40,358 nucleotides of DNA from a virus (Duplodnaviria > Caudoviricetes): positions 1-40,358 of the IMG/VR virus record IMGVR_UViG_3300020440_000032. One strand, written 5' to 3'. The stretch's first letter is position 1. Every line of letters starts with the position of its first letter. The position numbers and the translations under genes are program-made. The notes under the pieces were generated by a model. The model was not told the DNA's origin. It did not search any database and was given only the letters and a program-made list of their open reading frames with translations. Below, one piece after another: positions 9,301-21,900 of the stretch.

Positions 9301-9922
9301 CAGTTTAAGAATTGAATTCGGAGCAAATTTAAATGCTATCAAAACTATCAGTGATGAAGTAATTTATCATCCTGTACGATATAAAGTTTTGTTTGGTAGT
9401 AAAGCCGCAACTAAACTACAGGCTGAGTTCAAAGTTGTCAAAAATCCTGATAAAGCAATTAACGATAATAATCTTAAAGTAAGAATTGTTAATGCAATTA
9501 ATACATTCTTTGGAATAAACAACTGGGATTTTGGCGACAGGTTTTATCTGAGCGAGTTAACAACTTATGTTATAAACTCGGTTTCACCTGATGTAACTAA
9601 CTTTGTAATTTTACCTAGATCATCAGCACAGTCTTTCGGTAGTTTATTTGAAATACAAAGTAAACCAGATGAAATTTTTGTAAGTGGTGCAACAGTAGAT
9701 GATATTAAAATAGTTACTAGCATTACCGCTGCCGAAATTAGAGCAAGCACAGGAACAATAGAAAGTGATTCACAGTCAAGCACAAGAAGTTCTAGTACAT
9801 CCGGTACAACTTCCACAGCAAGTACAGGTGCAAGTACATCAGTTACAACGTCTACCACAAGCACTTCAAGTTCAAGTACACCAAGTACTTCAGGTTCTAG
9901 CAGCGGAGGTTCTAGTTACTAA
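6368..9922 (+). CDS. Baseplate wedge protein, T4 gp6-like, with a Ser/Thr-rich C-terminal tail
   Basis: 1184 aa with DFENIR...ENFLELAERKESVLRIARMLSYNAKR, FADGTYGNLP and ESTDTIRQNAPALYYTQNRMITGEDY, hallmarks of gp6/baseplate J. It follows gp25. Confidence 0.9.
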   Translation: MSTTSRQNNLILNQDWTRIYQTFRNADFKSYDFENIRRVIISYLRENYPEDFNDYIESSEYMALVDAVAFLGQSISFRLDLASRENFLELAERKESVLRIARMLSYNAKRNIGASGLLKFNTITTTENIIDSNGRNLAQQTVKWNDPTNSNWAEQFILVLNSAMADNTEFGRSQGAANIQGIPTEQYRFRTTSNDVPLYNFTKSVAGRNMAFEIVSTTFKEQEVIYEEAPTPGNQLGFLYRQDGKGSASANTGFFLQFKQGSLEFADFAIDTPTTNETIAIETDNINNDDLWLFGLNSLGGQEREWTKVNSLTGNNIAYNSIVGNVKNIYSVSTQPNDKVNLVFADGTYGNLPQGSFRTYYRVSNGLEYSIAPNDMKGISIDINYVNKSGIAHTLTVNLGLQYTVNNAAATESTDTIRQNAPALYYTQNRMITGEDYNLAPLASSQNILKIKAVNRTSSGISRNYDFVDASGKYSAVNVFADDGYIYKQEAERSLFLKFTSKTEIINFLRNNIEGAFTDKDLYNFYITKYERIAFSEQTTVWTSITNDLNSGTGYFTNTIDNSLLKVGTYSTSSLKFLTVGSVIKFTAPEGYHFMTSQSNKLMAGEADHTGSSKYIWAKVQSIVGDGTNADRGALANGLGPITFNENIPDGAIATNIVPKFVNDLNAALETEITNLMFANLNFGLRYDTADTSWKIIQNQNLDLVNNFNLGKAGDTTNENLDASWLFAFVKDNDQYVVRIRTLNYVFGSVQQNRFYFDKNEIAYNNLTGRIAKDTVNVLGINSQTTSSTALGRDYKFEITDTIEFDDGYESAKEIKLSFSDTDSDGVVDDPDSFIQVVGADVEANYLFFKRRTDEYGTDVLDLFNNSNDTIIIRDKESSVNVNDFDDNQLIYFSDVAENVVKRVNKTTNTLDLDSSYVAYVGRRDIKFQYTHSASENRRIDPSVTNIVDLYLLTKNYDIAYRNYLAGATAEPTAPTTDSLRIEFGANLNAIKTISDEVIYHPVRYKVLFGSKAATKLQAEFKVVKNPDKAINDNNLKVRIVNAINTFFGINNWDFGDRFYLSELTTYVINSVSPDVTNFVILPRSSAQSFGSLFEIQSKPDEIFVSGATVDDIKIVTSITAAEIRASTGTIESDSQSSTRSSSTSGTTSTASTGASTSVTTSTTSTSSSSTPSTSGSSSGGSSY
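9764..9919 (+). repeat. Low-complexity Ser/Thr-rich coding tract at the gp6 C-terminus
   Basis: The last 52 codons encode SDSQSSTRSSSTSGTTSTASTGASTSVTTSTTSTSSSSTPSTSGSSSGGSSY, of which 39/52 are Ser or Thr. Confidence 0.9.
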
Positions 9923-12900
9923 TGGCAGATAAGGTTTACCCTAACAGTCAGTTACCAATTAGAAAAAGTTCAGAGCTTCTACCAGAAACTTTTAGAACTG
10001 AAACTAATAATAAGTTTTTGTCCGGTGTAGTTGATCCACTGGTACAACCTGGTGCATTAGACAAACTATCAGGATATGTTGGTAGAAGATTTGGAAAAAC
10101 ATATAACGGAGAAACAGTATACCTTGATACAGATAATACTTTAAGGAGTAGATATCAATTAGAGCCAGGTGTGACAGTTGAAAATAATCAAGTTGTAACA
10201 AAGTTTTATGATTATTTAGATTTTAAAAACATAGAAAAATTTTTCGCTAACTCTAACGAAAGAGATGATAAAACTACATTCCAAGAACATTACAGTTGGA
10301 ACCCTCCAATTGATTGGGACAAGTTTATAAATTATAGAGAATACTATTGGATTCCTGCAGGACCGCCAACTGTTGCTGTCTTCGGTCAAAATCAAAGTGT
10401 TCAGTCTACATATAAAGTAAATCAAGGCGTTGGCTCATCGTGGGTATTTACACCTGATGCGTTTACAAATAATCCTACGCTTACTTTATATAGAGGACAA
10501 ACATATGAATTTATAGTAAATTCTCCAGGCGAACCTTTTGTGTTAAGAACAAATTATGACACAGGTAGTTTAAATTATGAACCACTAAAAACATATTTCC
10601 CAGGAGACCTAGCAGTTTTCAACGGAAAACTTTGGAGAGCAAAAGAAGAAATTAGTCCTACTGATGGTAGCACAATTGATATTGATAGTCAGGATTGGGA
10701 ATTAATAGATAGTGATGCTTCTTTTAACAGTTTAATTTATAACGATGGTGTCACAAATAATAGTTTAGAAACAGGAACACTTACTTTCGAAGTACCACTG
10801 AACGCTCCTGATATACTATACTATCAGAGTGCTACTAATCCTAACAGGTTAGGTAGACTAATAATTGCAGATATTGAAAGCAATACAGCAATAAATGTAG
10901 AAAAAGAAATCATTGGCAAAACTTATTACACTAGTGCTAATGGTATTAAGTTTTCAAACGGAATGGTTGTAGAATTTAGAGGCCAGGTCGAAAGTGCAAA
11001 ATATGCATCAGATACTTGGCTTGTTGAAGGAGTAGGAAAAGCAATAACATTAATTAGATTTTCCGATTTAATTCCGCCTAATATAAGTGCTGATACTCCT
11101 GAAATATTATTTGATAATCAAGGATTTGATACACAACCGTTTGATGATGCTACATTATATCCTGCTAACAAAGATTATGTAACAATCAATAGAAGTAGTC
11201 CGGATTTAAATCCGTGGAGTAGATACAATAGGTGGTTCCATAGAAGTGTTCTTGAATATGCATTTAATTATAGAGATGATGATTTTGATGCACTAGAAAC
11301 AGCAAGAGCGAAGCGTCCTATTATAGAATTCCATCCAGGAATTAAACTTCATAAACAAGGAACTACTGCAAAGGCGTCTGTTGACTACGTAGATGATTAC
11401 ACAACAGATGTGTTTTCTTCTATAGAAGGAAGCACTGGTTACAGCGTTGACGGCGAATTCCTTTTTGAAGGAGCAAGAGTCCTAGTAACAGCAGATACAG
11501 ATACACTTGCAAATAACAAAATTTATGAAGTTAACTTTATTGTGCATAATGGTGTCAGACAAATTACATTAAAGGAAACCACAGATAGTAGACCTACATT
11601 AAATGAATGTGTGCTTGCAAGTAGAGGAACAAATAATTCTGGTAAAATGTTTTACTTCAATGGATCATCTTGGAAAAAGAGTCAAGATAAAACAACTGTA
11701 AATCAAGAACCTTTATTTGATAGTTTCGATGAAAACGGAATAGCACTTGATGATCCGTTAACTTATCCTGTAAGTAGTTTTATAGGAAGTAAAATTTTCA
11801 GTTATAAGCAAGGCAATGGCCCTGTTGATACAGAACTTGGAATTAGTATTTCATATCAAAACATTGATAATGTAGGCGATATACAATTTAATTGGGACTG
11901 GGAAACAGAGTCTTTCACGTACACAATTAACCAACAAGCAATAACTGATTATACTAATAAACATTACTATCAAGTAAATGGAGAGTATGAAAACGGTTGG
12001 ATTAGTACACAATCTAAATATTTACAACCTATCGTTGATAGCATCAAAATTATCAACGCCACAAATATAATCATTTCAGATATAATTGATTTTAAAAATT
12101 ATAATGATACTATTGAAATAGTATTTTATCTAAATGGTGATAAGTTAGAAGAAAACTATGTCCGTGTAGGAAATCAGTTTACTTTTACTACACAGTTTCA
12201 ACCTAACGACATTATAACAATTAAATTAATAGGTGAAATAATTCCTGAAACAGGCTATTATGAAATTCCTGTTGGCATTGAAAAGAATCCATTAAACGAA
12301 GAACTTAAAAGTTTTACTCTTGGACAAGCAACTGATCATGTTAGAACAGCACTAGAATTTGACACCAGATTTACAGGTGTTCTTCCTGGTGTATCTAATT
12401 TAAGAGATATATCAGACTTTACCAGCAATGCAAAAAGATTTTTAAAACATTCGGGTGTTGCAGCATCTGCGTTATTAATGCTTGCTGACAAAGAAATTAA
12501 TATTGTTAAATCTTTACAATATGCTAAAAAACAATACTCGTTGTTTAAAGAAAACTTTATCAAAAAATCTTACGAAGTAGATGATACTGAAAGTATACCT
12601 GATCTTGTAGATGCTATTTTTGAAGAACTTACAAAAACAAAAAGTTCAGCAAGTGCATTTGCAGACAGTGATACATTAGGTACAGGAGCATTTACTAAAT
12701 TACTTTACACAGTTGAAGATACAGGACTGAAAACTTTTACCTTAAGCGAATCTTTTGATCTTGATACTTTAAGTAGACGTGCTGTATATGTTTACAAAAA
12801 CAACACACAATTATTACATGGTAGAGACTATACTTTTGATAAACAGTTTGCATATTTGACATTATTAGGTGATTTATTAGAAGGAGATACTATTGAAATA

Positions 12901-15900
12901 AGAGAGTATGTTTCTACAGCAGGTTGCCATGTGCCGCCTACACCTACGTCTTTAGGATTGTATAAAAAATTTACACCAAGTAAATTTATTGATGATACTT
13001 ATAGAGAAGCACAAGAAGTAATACAAGGACACGATGGAAGTATAACGATTGCATACGGCGATTTCCGAGATGATGTATTACTAGAATTAGAATATAGAAT
13101 TTACAACAATATAAAACAATCATACGATCCTAGTGTTTTTGATATAGATAAAAATCTAGGCGGATACTATAAAAATGCTGTTTTTACAAAGGCAGAATTT
13201 GATTCTATTGCTGGCCAAGAGTTTTTGAAATGGGTAGCAAATACAAATCTTGGATATACTGCGAACACATATCTCAAAGAAACAGAAACGTTCACTTACA
13301 CATATTCAAATATGACAACGCCAGATGGCGATGAAAATTTACCAGGTTACTGGAGAGGAGTCTACAAATATTTCTATGATACTGATAGGCCTCATAGATG
13401 TCCTTGGGAAATGCTTGGTTTTAGTGAAAAGCCAAATTGGTGGGAAGAAGAATACGGAGAAGCACCTTACACAAGTGGTAACTTGATACTGTGGGAAGAT
13501 ATTAGAGATGGCATAGTTAGACAAGGTGAAAGAGCAGGAACATATAAAAGATATGCTAGACCTTCCCTATTAAGACATATACCTGTTAATGAGTACGGTG
13601 AATTATTAAGCCCGCTTGATAGCGGATTGGCAACTAATTATACTCTTGTAAACAATAAAGGAAGTTTTAAACTTGGAGATGTTTCTCCTGTTGAATATGC
13701 ATATCGTAGTAGTGTAGAATTTCCTTTTGTAGTAACAATTGCTCTATGTTTACTCCGTCCGTTTGAATATATTGTTGCAAATTTTGATAGAAGCAAAACA
13801 AAACGTAATATTGCAGGACAAATAATTAGTAAGGCTACGGGTATTTTTATTAAACCCAATGAACTTATGTTACCTAAAGTTGGAGATACTGATATTACCA
13901 GCGGTTTAGCATTTTACATTAGCAGTTATTTAAAATCACAAGGTAAACCAGTTGCAGATGCACAGGAAATACTTTCAAATGTAAATGTAAGATTAAGCAA
14001 TAGATTAAACGGATTTGTTGATAAGACACAGCAAAAATATTTGTTAGATTCAAAAAGTCCTGCCGCAGCAAGTTCAAGTATATTCATACCACAAGAAAAT
14101 TATAACATCTATTTTAACGTTTCTTCGCCAATACAAACAGTTAGTTACAGTGGTGTTATATTTGAAAAAACAGAAGGCGGCTGGATAGTCAATGGATATG
14201 ATGATGTAAATCCGTTTTTTAGAATTTACAAATCAATTCCTAATCAGAAAGATCCAACAATATCAGTTGGAGGAATTAGTGCGACATTTGTAAATTGGTC
14301 AACCGATCAACTTTACAATAACGGTGCAATTGTACAATATAGAAATATGTTCTATAGAGCAAAACTTACTCATACAAGCACTGATAATTTTGAAACTGAC
14401 AACTGGACTAAGTTACCAGAGTTACCGATAATTGGTGCTGCAACTGCTCAACGTAGGAAAAACTTCAATCAGTTTGCTACAGAAGATATTAGTTACGGAA
14501 CTACATTTAATACAGTTCAACAAGTTGTAGACTTTTTACTAGGTTATGAACATTACTTAAAATCACAAGGGTTTATTTTTGAAAACTACAATGCAGATAA
14601 TCAAGCAATGCAGGACTTTACAACTGCTGCTAAAGAGTTTATGTTCTGGACACGAAATGAATGGGCAGTAGGATCATTACTTGCGGTAAGTCCTGGTGCA
14701 GAAAGAATTAAAGTTACAGTTCCTGTGGGTGTTGTAGACAATCTTCTTGATAGTTTTTATGAATACAATGTATTGACAGATACAGGAGAGCCTATAGATA
14801 TTAAAAACTATGATGTCAATAGAGAATTCCAAACGTTTACATTCTCTATCACTGAAACTTCAAAAGGCTTATTTTATCTAAAACTAAATTATGTCCTAAA
14901 AGAACATGTTGCTATTTTTAACGACCGTACAGTTTTCAATGATGTTATATTTGATAAGCCTACAGGTTATAGACAAGAACGTATTAAGGTTCAAGGATTT
15001 AGAACTGTAGACTGGGACGGAGACTATACTTCACCTGGATTCTTATTTGATAATGTTAATATTGCATCATGGCAGCCGTTTAGCGATTATAAATTAGGCG
15101 ATATTATAAATTACCAAGGTGTTAATTATACAAGTAAACGTAATCATACAAGTAACGAAGAATTTAATGCACAAAATTGGACCGTCCTTGATTCAACACC
15201 TGAGAAAAAACTCGTACCTAATTTTGATTTTAAAATTAATCAAATGGAAGATTACTTTGATGTTGATACAGAAGGTTTGTCAGAAAGTCAAAGAGACTTA
15301 GCAAGGCATACAATTGGTTATCAAACAAGATCTTATTTACAAAATTTATCAGAAGATAGTGTAACACAGTTTAGATTATATCAAGGTTTTATCAGAGAAA
15401 AAGGAACTAATAATTCTTTCACAAAAATATTTGATAAACTTGGTAGAACAGCAAATGCTGGCGTACACTTAAAAGAAGAATGGGCATTTAAAGTTGGACA
15501 ACTAGGCGGCACAGATCAAAGTAAAGTAATAGAACTAAAATTAGATACAGATAATTTTGTTTTAAATCCGCAGCCTCTACTTGTTACTAATACTGCTAAT
15601 AGTGCTGAAGTTGATAGATATTATAGAATCAATCAAAGCGACTTCTATTTGGCACCTTTACCTTATACAACTGAGATTAATCCTACAACTACTGAAAAGC
15701 AATATTTAAGGACTGCTGGTTATGTAAAAGTAGATCAAACAAAATATGTTGTAGCAACCAGAGACGATATTATAAACATTGACATAAATGGCGTGCTTAA
15801 TAATGATCATATATGGGTTACGTTTGACAAACAGGAGTGGACAGTTCTCAGAGTAAATTTTGCAAACGAATTACCTATAACAAATATTGCCACTGACAAA

Positions 15901-18900
15901 AACAAAGTAACTGTAACATTTACAAAAAGACATAATTTAATTGTTGACGACTTTATAGGATTTAAAACATTCGGTGATATTGATGGCTTCCATAAAATTA
16001 CAGAAGTCACAAACTTTACTATTGCTTTTCAAACCGCAAATCCGCCATCAGATACAGGATTTGAACCTAGCACAATAACGTATCCTATTCTGCTTAACAA
16101 CGCAAGGTTCAAAGATTATGATTCATTAGACTTAGAACAAACAGCACTATTAGATAACACGTCTAAATTATATATTGATAATAATGGTAGCGACAAGTGG
16201 GAAGTTGTTGAAAAGAAAAAACAATTTAGTGCTAAAAAAATTACTGCATATGGCACAACTGATCCTAAAAATACAGGTAAAAAAGTTTTATACGCAGAAA
16301 CACTTAACCAAACTATTGCTTCTATGCCAGGGTCAGGCCTTACACTTGTTTATGTCGAAGCATCAGATGGTTTAGCAGTTAAACAAATTTTACAACCTAC
16401 TTCAGGCTTTACAGCAGCAGTAGGAAATACATTTGGCGAAGAACTAGCAATTACATCAGATAATGAATGGTTAATAGTAGGTTCACCGAGTGCAAGCGGA
16501 GTGACGTCGAACTATCAAGGTATTTTCAATACATTCAAAAATTATGCTCCTAATGACATTGTTTTATATGAAGGACAATTATGGAAAGCAAAAACTAGTA
16601 TCATAGGTGACGGAAGCACTATTAACGTATACACTGAAGATTGGGAACAGACTTTTAATATAAGTGCATTAGAAAGCGGAACAAATTCAGGATATACCAA
16701 TCAAGGTATGATTTCTATATACAGATATAGTGCCAATCAATGGAATTTTGTAGAAAGTTTTGTAAGTCCTAGACCAGATGGTGATAACTTTTTTGGAAGC
16801 AAAATAAGTGTAGCAAAAACTGCTACAGGTTATACCATGGCTGTAAGCGCACCAGGTTTGAATGATACCAAAGGTAGAGTATACATTTACAATTATACTA
16901 CATCAGGTAATTGGGAACTTGTACAGAATAAAGATTATAGAGGAATATATGAACCTGGAGGAGTATATCCTGCAACAGAAATAACTGCTGGTAGGACTTA
17001 TACTATTGAAACATTAGGGACAACTGATTTCCTATCATTAGGTGCATTGACAAACAGCCCTGGCGTAACATTTGTTGCTACAGGAACAGGTAGTGGCACT
17101 GGAACAGTGTCTACAGAAAGTTATTATCCAAAAGGATCAATTGTATTTTATAATGGAAATTTATGGAAAGCGTTAGAAGATAACCAAGGAGATGGTAGCA
17201 CAATATCTATTGAAAGTAATGACTGGATTAAATTAGATGAAGTCAATACAAATGTATCGTTACCAACAAGTGTAAGTATAGAAGATGATGGATCAACACT
17301 CGCTTCAGGTATATTATCAGATGACCAACTTGCAGAATTAATTAAAGAAGGTGATAAGTTTGGTAGTTCTTTAGCATTTAATAATAACGGATCAACACTT
17401 ATAATTGGTGCAGTTCAAGCAGACGGACAATACTTTCCAAATTATAAAGGTAACTGGCAACCTAATTATGAGTACATGGAAAATGATGTTGTAAAATATC
17501 AAAGCAGTTACCATAAGTTAGAAAATATTGGAGATACAGCAGTAGGTCCAGATAGCACAATTAGAAGTTATAATCAAGCACCTGATGATGGTTATCCTTG
17601 GGTAAATGTTGGAGACAGTTCTTCTGAATCTGTTGGTAAAGTGTTTGTTTACAAAATAAATGATTTAGGGTTTTACAGTTTACAACAAACAATTACCGCT
17701 GAGAGTCTTTCAGAAATTAGTGATTTGTCTGAAGAAGAACTTATTAGTTCAGGCGACATGTTTGGATATGATGTAGACTTAGACTTTACTGGAAATACTC
17801 TTGTAATTACAAGTCCTAAAGCAGATAAAAACTTTCAGAATCAAGGTAGTGCATATATTTTTAAATATGAATCTGATTCAACACAGCAACGATATAGATT
17901 AAAACAAAAAATTGAAAGTTATGGAATATATCCAAATGAATACTTCGGACAATCTGTATGTATTACAAATAATTCTAGTCAGATTGTAATTGGTGCAAAC
18001 AACACAGGCTACAATTTACCTATAAGATTTGATACAAGTACAACAACGTTTGACCAAGTGAATACAACGTTTACAACATATGGCGGATACAGTGGTGCTG
18101 TATATGTATTCAACCTAAAAGGTAATAGATATTTACTGACAGAAAAACTAGAGGATGATTTAAGCACAAATGAATCTTTTGGTTACAGTGTATCATGTAC
18201 AAATGATGTAATTGTTGTTGGATCACCTCAATATATTGCACCAGTTGCACATGGGCCAACATTAGATTTTACAGGACCTGTCGTCGGCATGGTAAGAATA
18301 TTTAGAAAAGATTCTAGTGTGCGCAGTCTTGAAGTTATAGGTTCTGAGCCAGATAAAATAGATTTAAAAAGAATAAAAAGAATTTCATTATATAATGAAA
18401 ACGGTGATAAAAAAATACAAGATCTAGAAGCAATTGATCCTGCAAAATTAAGAATTCTAGCAGCGGCAGATAGAGAGATAGAGTATAAAACTTTATATGA
18501 CCCAGCAACATATAATGTAGGAACAGACGATGTAGTTGTAGATAGTACAGTTGCATGGTTTGATAAAAATGTTGGCAAGTTATGGTGGAATATTAACACT
18601 GTAAAATGGGTAGACTATGAACAGGCAGATACTTCGTATAGACTTGCTAATTGGGGTGCGCAAGCAGTAGGCTCTAATGTAGATGTGTATGAATGGGTAG
18701 AGTCAAAACTTTTACCGTCAGAATGGTCAGTACTTGCTGACACAACCGAAGGATTAGACTTAGGTGTATCAGGACAGCCATTATATGCCGACGATACTGT
18801 TTACAGTGTAAAAGAATTTTTAAATGTTAATACAGGACTTGTAACAGAAACAAAATATTATTTCTGGGTAAAAAATAAAGTTACGGTTCCTAAAAACATG

Positions 18901-21900
18901 ATAGGAAGACAAATAAGTGCAGCAGAAGTTGCTGCATTAATTAATAATCCTTCAACTGTTGGTAATACATATGTTGCACTTGCAGATAAAGACAAAATAT
19001 TCTTCTACAATTATAAAAATATAGTTTCTGATAATATTTCTATACTAAATCTAGAATACTACAATACAAGTAACAAAAATAATGCAGCACACAATGAATT
19101 TTTATTACTGACCGAAGGTGACGAAAACAGTGTACCTAACAAAAGACTTGAGAAAAAATGGATTGACAGTTTAGTAGGTTATGATTCTCAAGGTAATAGA
19201 GTACCAGATACGAACTTGCCAGAAAAACAAAAGTATGGTATACAGTTCCGTCCAAGACAAAGTATGTTTGTTAATAGAAAACAAATTCTAAAACAAACAA
19301 TAGAAAGTGTCAATACAATTTTATTAGAGCAAGCATTTGCCAATACAATTAACTTTAGCAATTTAAATCTTGTAGATCCAGAACCTGCAGAAGTTTTATA
19401 CTTGTATGATGTAAAAGTAGAAAGTGTAGTAGATTTAGAGAATGTAGGTACTGTAAGAGTAAAGCAAGCAAAACTTACTGCTAATATTGTTGATAATGTT
19501 ATTACATCAATTAATATTGTTGACCCTGGTTTTGGGTACAAGCCTCAACAATTATTTGATACAGAAGCACCTGGAGTTTATCCAGGACCTGCTGTAACAC
19601 TTCAAGGTGATGGCATCGGCGGAGAAGTAATTACACACATTGATAATCAAGGTAGAATTGTTGCAGCCGTAGTTGTAAATGGCGGAAAAAATTATACAAC
19701 TGTAAATCTTGTAGTTAGACAGTTTTCAGTGCTAGTTGAAAGTGATTCAACAGCAGGTAATTATTGGTCAATTTATGCATGGGATGATGTAAGAAAAACT
19801 TTCTATAGAAGTGCGTCACAGGCATTTGATACTACCAAGTATTGGAATTATATTGACTGGTGGAAAACAGGATATGGCGAAACGTCTAGTATTACTAAAG
19901 AAATTTTAGATGTATCTGAAGAGCCATCAATTACAGTGCAAGTAGGAGCTCTTATAAGAATTAAAGAATATGGTTCAGGCGGCTGGGCAGTATTTGAAAA
20001 GGTAACGGATAACAGTGATTTACCTTTAGGCAATTACACATTAGTTGGCAGAAAGCAAGGAACAATTCAGTTATCAGACAACTTGTACAATTTACAAACT
20101 TCTGGTATTGGTTATGATAATACTGTAAACTTTGATACAGGTTTGTACGATTTAGAACCTACTGCTGAATTAAGAAATATATTTGCTGCTATTAAGGATA
20201 ATATTTTTGTAGGTGACTACAAAATACAATGGAATAAAATATTCTTTAATAGTGTAAGATATGTTTTACATGAACAGATTTATGTTGATTGGTTATTCAA
20301 ATCCAGTTTCTTAAAAGCAATTCATAATGTAGGCAACTTGAAAGTTATACCTAATTACAGTAATGATAACTTAGAAAGTTTCCAACAATATATTGAAGAA
20401 GTTAAACCTTATAGAACAACTATTAGAGAATACGTAAGTAGATATGATCAACTTGAAGGCAACGGTGTTGCTACAAACGATTTTGATTTACCATCAGTAT
20501 ATTCAGATAGTGCTGGAAAAATTATAACTGTGGATCAGTTTAGTCCTTTAGTTCAACAGCAACCATGGAAAACATGGTTTGATAACAAAGGTTATAGCAT
20601 AACTGAGATTGTTATTGCTAATGGCGGAAGCGGATATACAAGTCCTCCTAACGTTGTCATTGAAGGCAATGGATCTGGAGCAACTGCTAAAGCATTTATA
20701 TCTAATGGTAAAGTAACAGGTGTTCAAATACAGAATAAGGGTAAAGGATACACTTCAATACCTACAGTAAACCTTGTTGGCGGCAATGGTGCATCTATAT
20801 ATAACGCTATTGCAGTTGCATATTTAGGAGAAGGTACAACAAGAAGTTTTGAACTTAAAGTAAAATTTGATAGAATAGCAAAAGAAGGTTTGTTTACTTC
20901 ATTTACAGACAGTCAAACATTTACAGCAACTGGTACAACAGCAGTGTTTGATTTAAGATATGCCCCGACAGTTGATAAAACTAAAATTAGCATTACAAAA
21001 AATAATCAAACAGTTTTAGGAAGTGATTACTCAGTATCTGTGTTTACAAAGAATGTAGATGGGTATTCATTTGTACAAGGTAGAATTATTTTAAATACTG
21101 CTCCAGAAGCAGGAGATGTAATTACAATTAACTATTCTAAAAATGACGAATTGTTAGATAGTGTTAACAGAATTAACAAGTATTACAATCCTACAGAAGG
21201 AATGAAAGGTAAAGAATTAAACCAATTAATGACAGGGATTGATTTTGGTGGAGTACAAATCCAAGGTACTACTTTTGATGTTACAGGCGGCTGGGATGCA
21301 TTACCTTGGTTTAGTGATAGTTGGGATAGTGTAGAAAGCAGTGCTGATTTTTATATAGTGGCAGACGGAAGCACAAATGAAATTACATTACCTTATGTGC
21401 CTTCAGAAGGGCAAGAAATTAACATATATCTTAAACGTGCAGGAGAAGCAACTTTACCAAGTATTGAAAATCTACAATACTCTGAAACTGTAAAAAATCC
21501 TCCTATAATTAGAATAGACGATCCGTATTATGGTGGGGATGATAATTCTTCATTAATAACAAATAAAAATGCTGTCATGCCAACATTTATAGGAGATGGT
21601 AGTACATCTGTTATTGATATAGGATCATATGTAAAAACAAATGATGGTGATATACTTATTTTCCGTCCTGTTGAAAGTGACGGTGCTGTAACAATTACAG
21701 ATCCTAATATTGTAGATACAAATTTAACTGGCGGCACACTTTCTGCTATAGATGGTGCATATGCAACAGCAACAGGATTAACTGTAGAAGAAATTAAAAT
21801 TACAGGCGGCCAATATATTGGACCTGAACAAGTACCATCTCCAGAAGAGAATATACCAGGACAGGTGCTTGATAATTTAAGTATTAAAGTATTTCAATCT

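Noticed and set aside
74-9922. Bacterial eCIS, T6SS or tailocin locus instead of a phage
   Set aside because: T4-type late-promoter cores, T4-like gp53/gp5/gp25/gp6 order, the giant wedge gene and the absence of host or secretion-system genes favour a lytic myophage.
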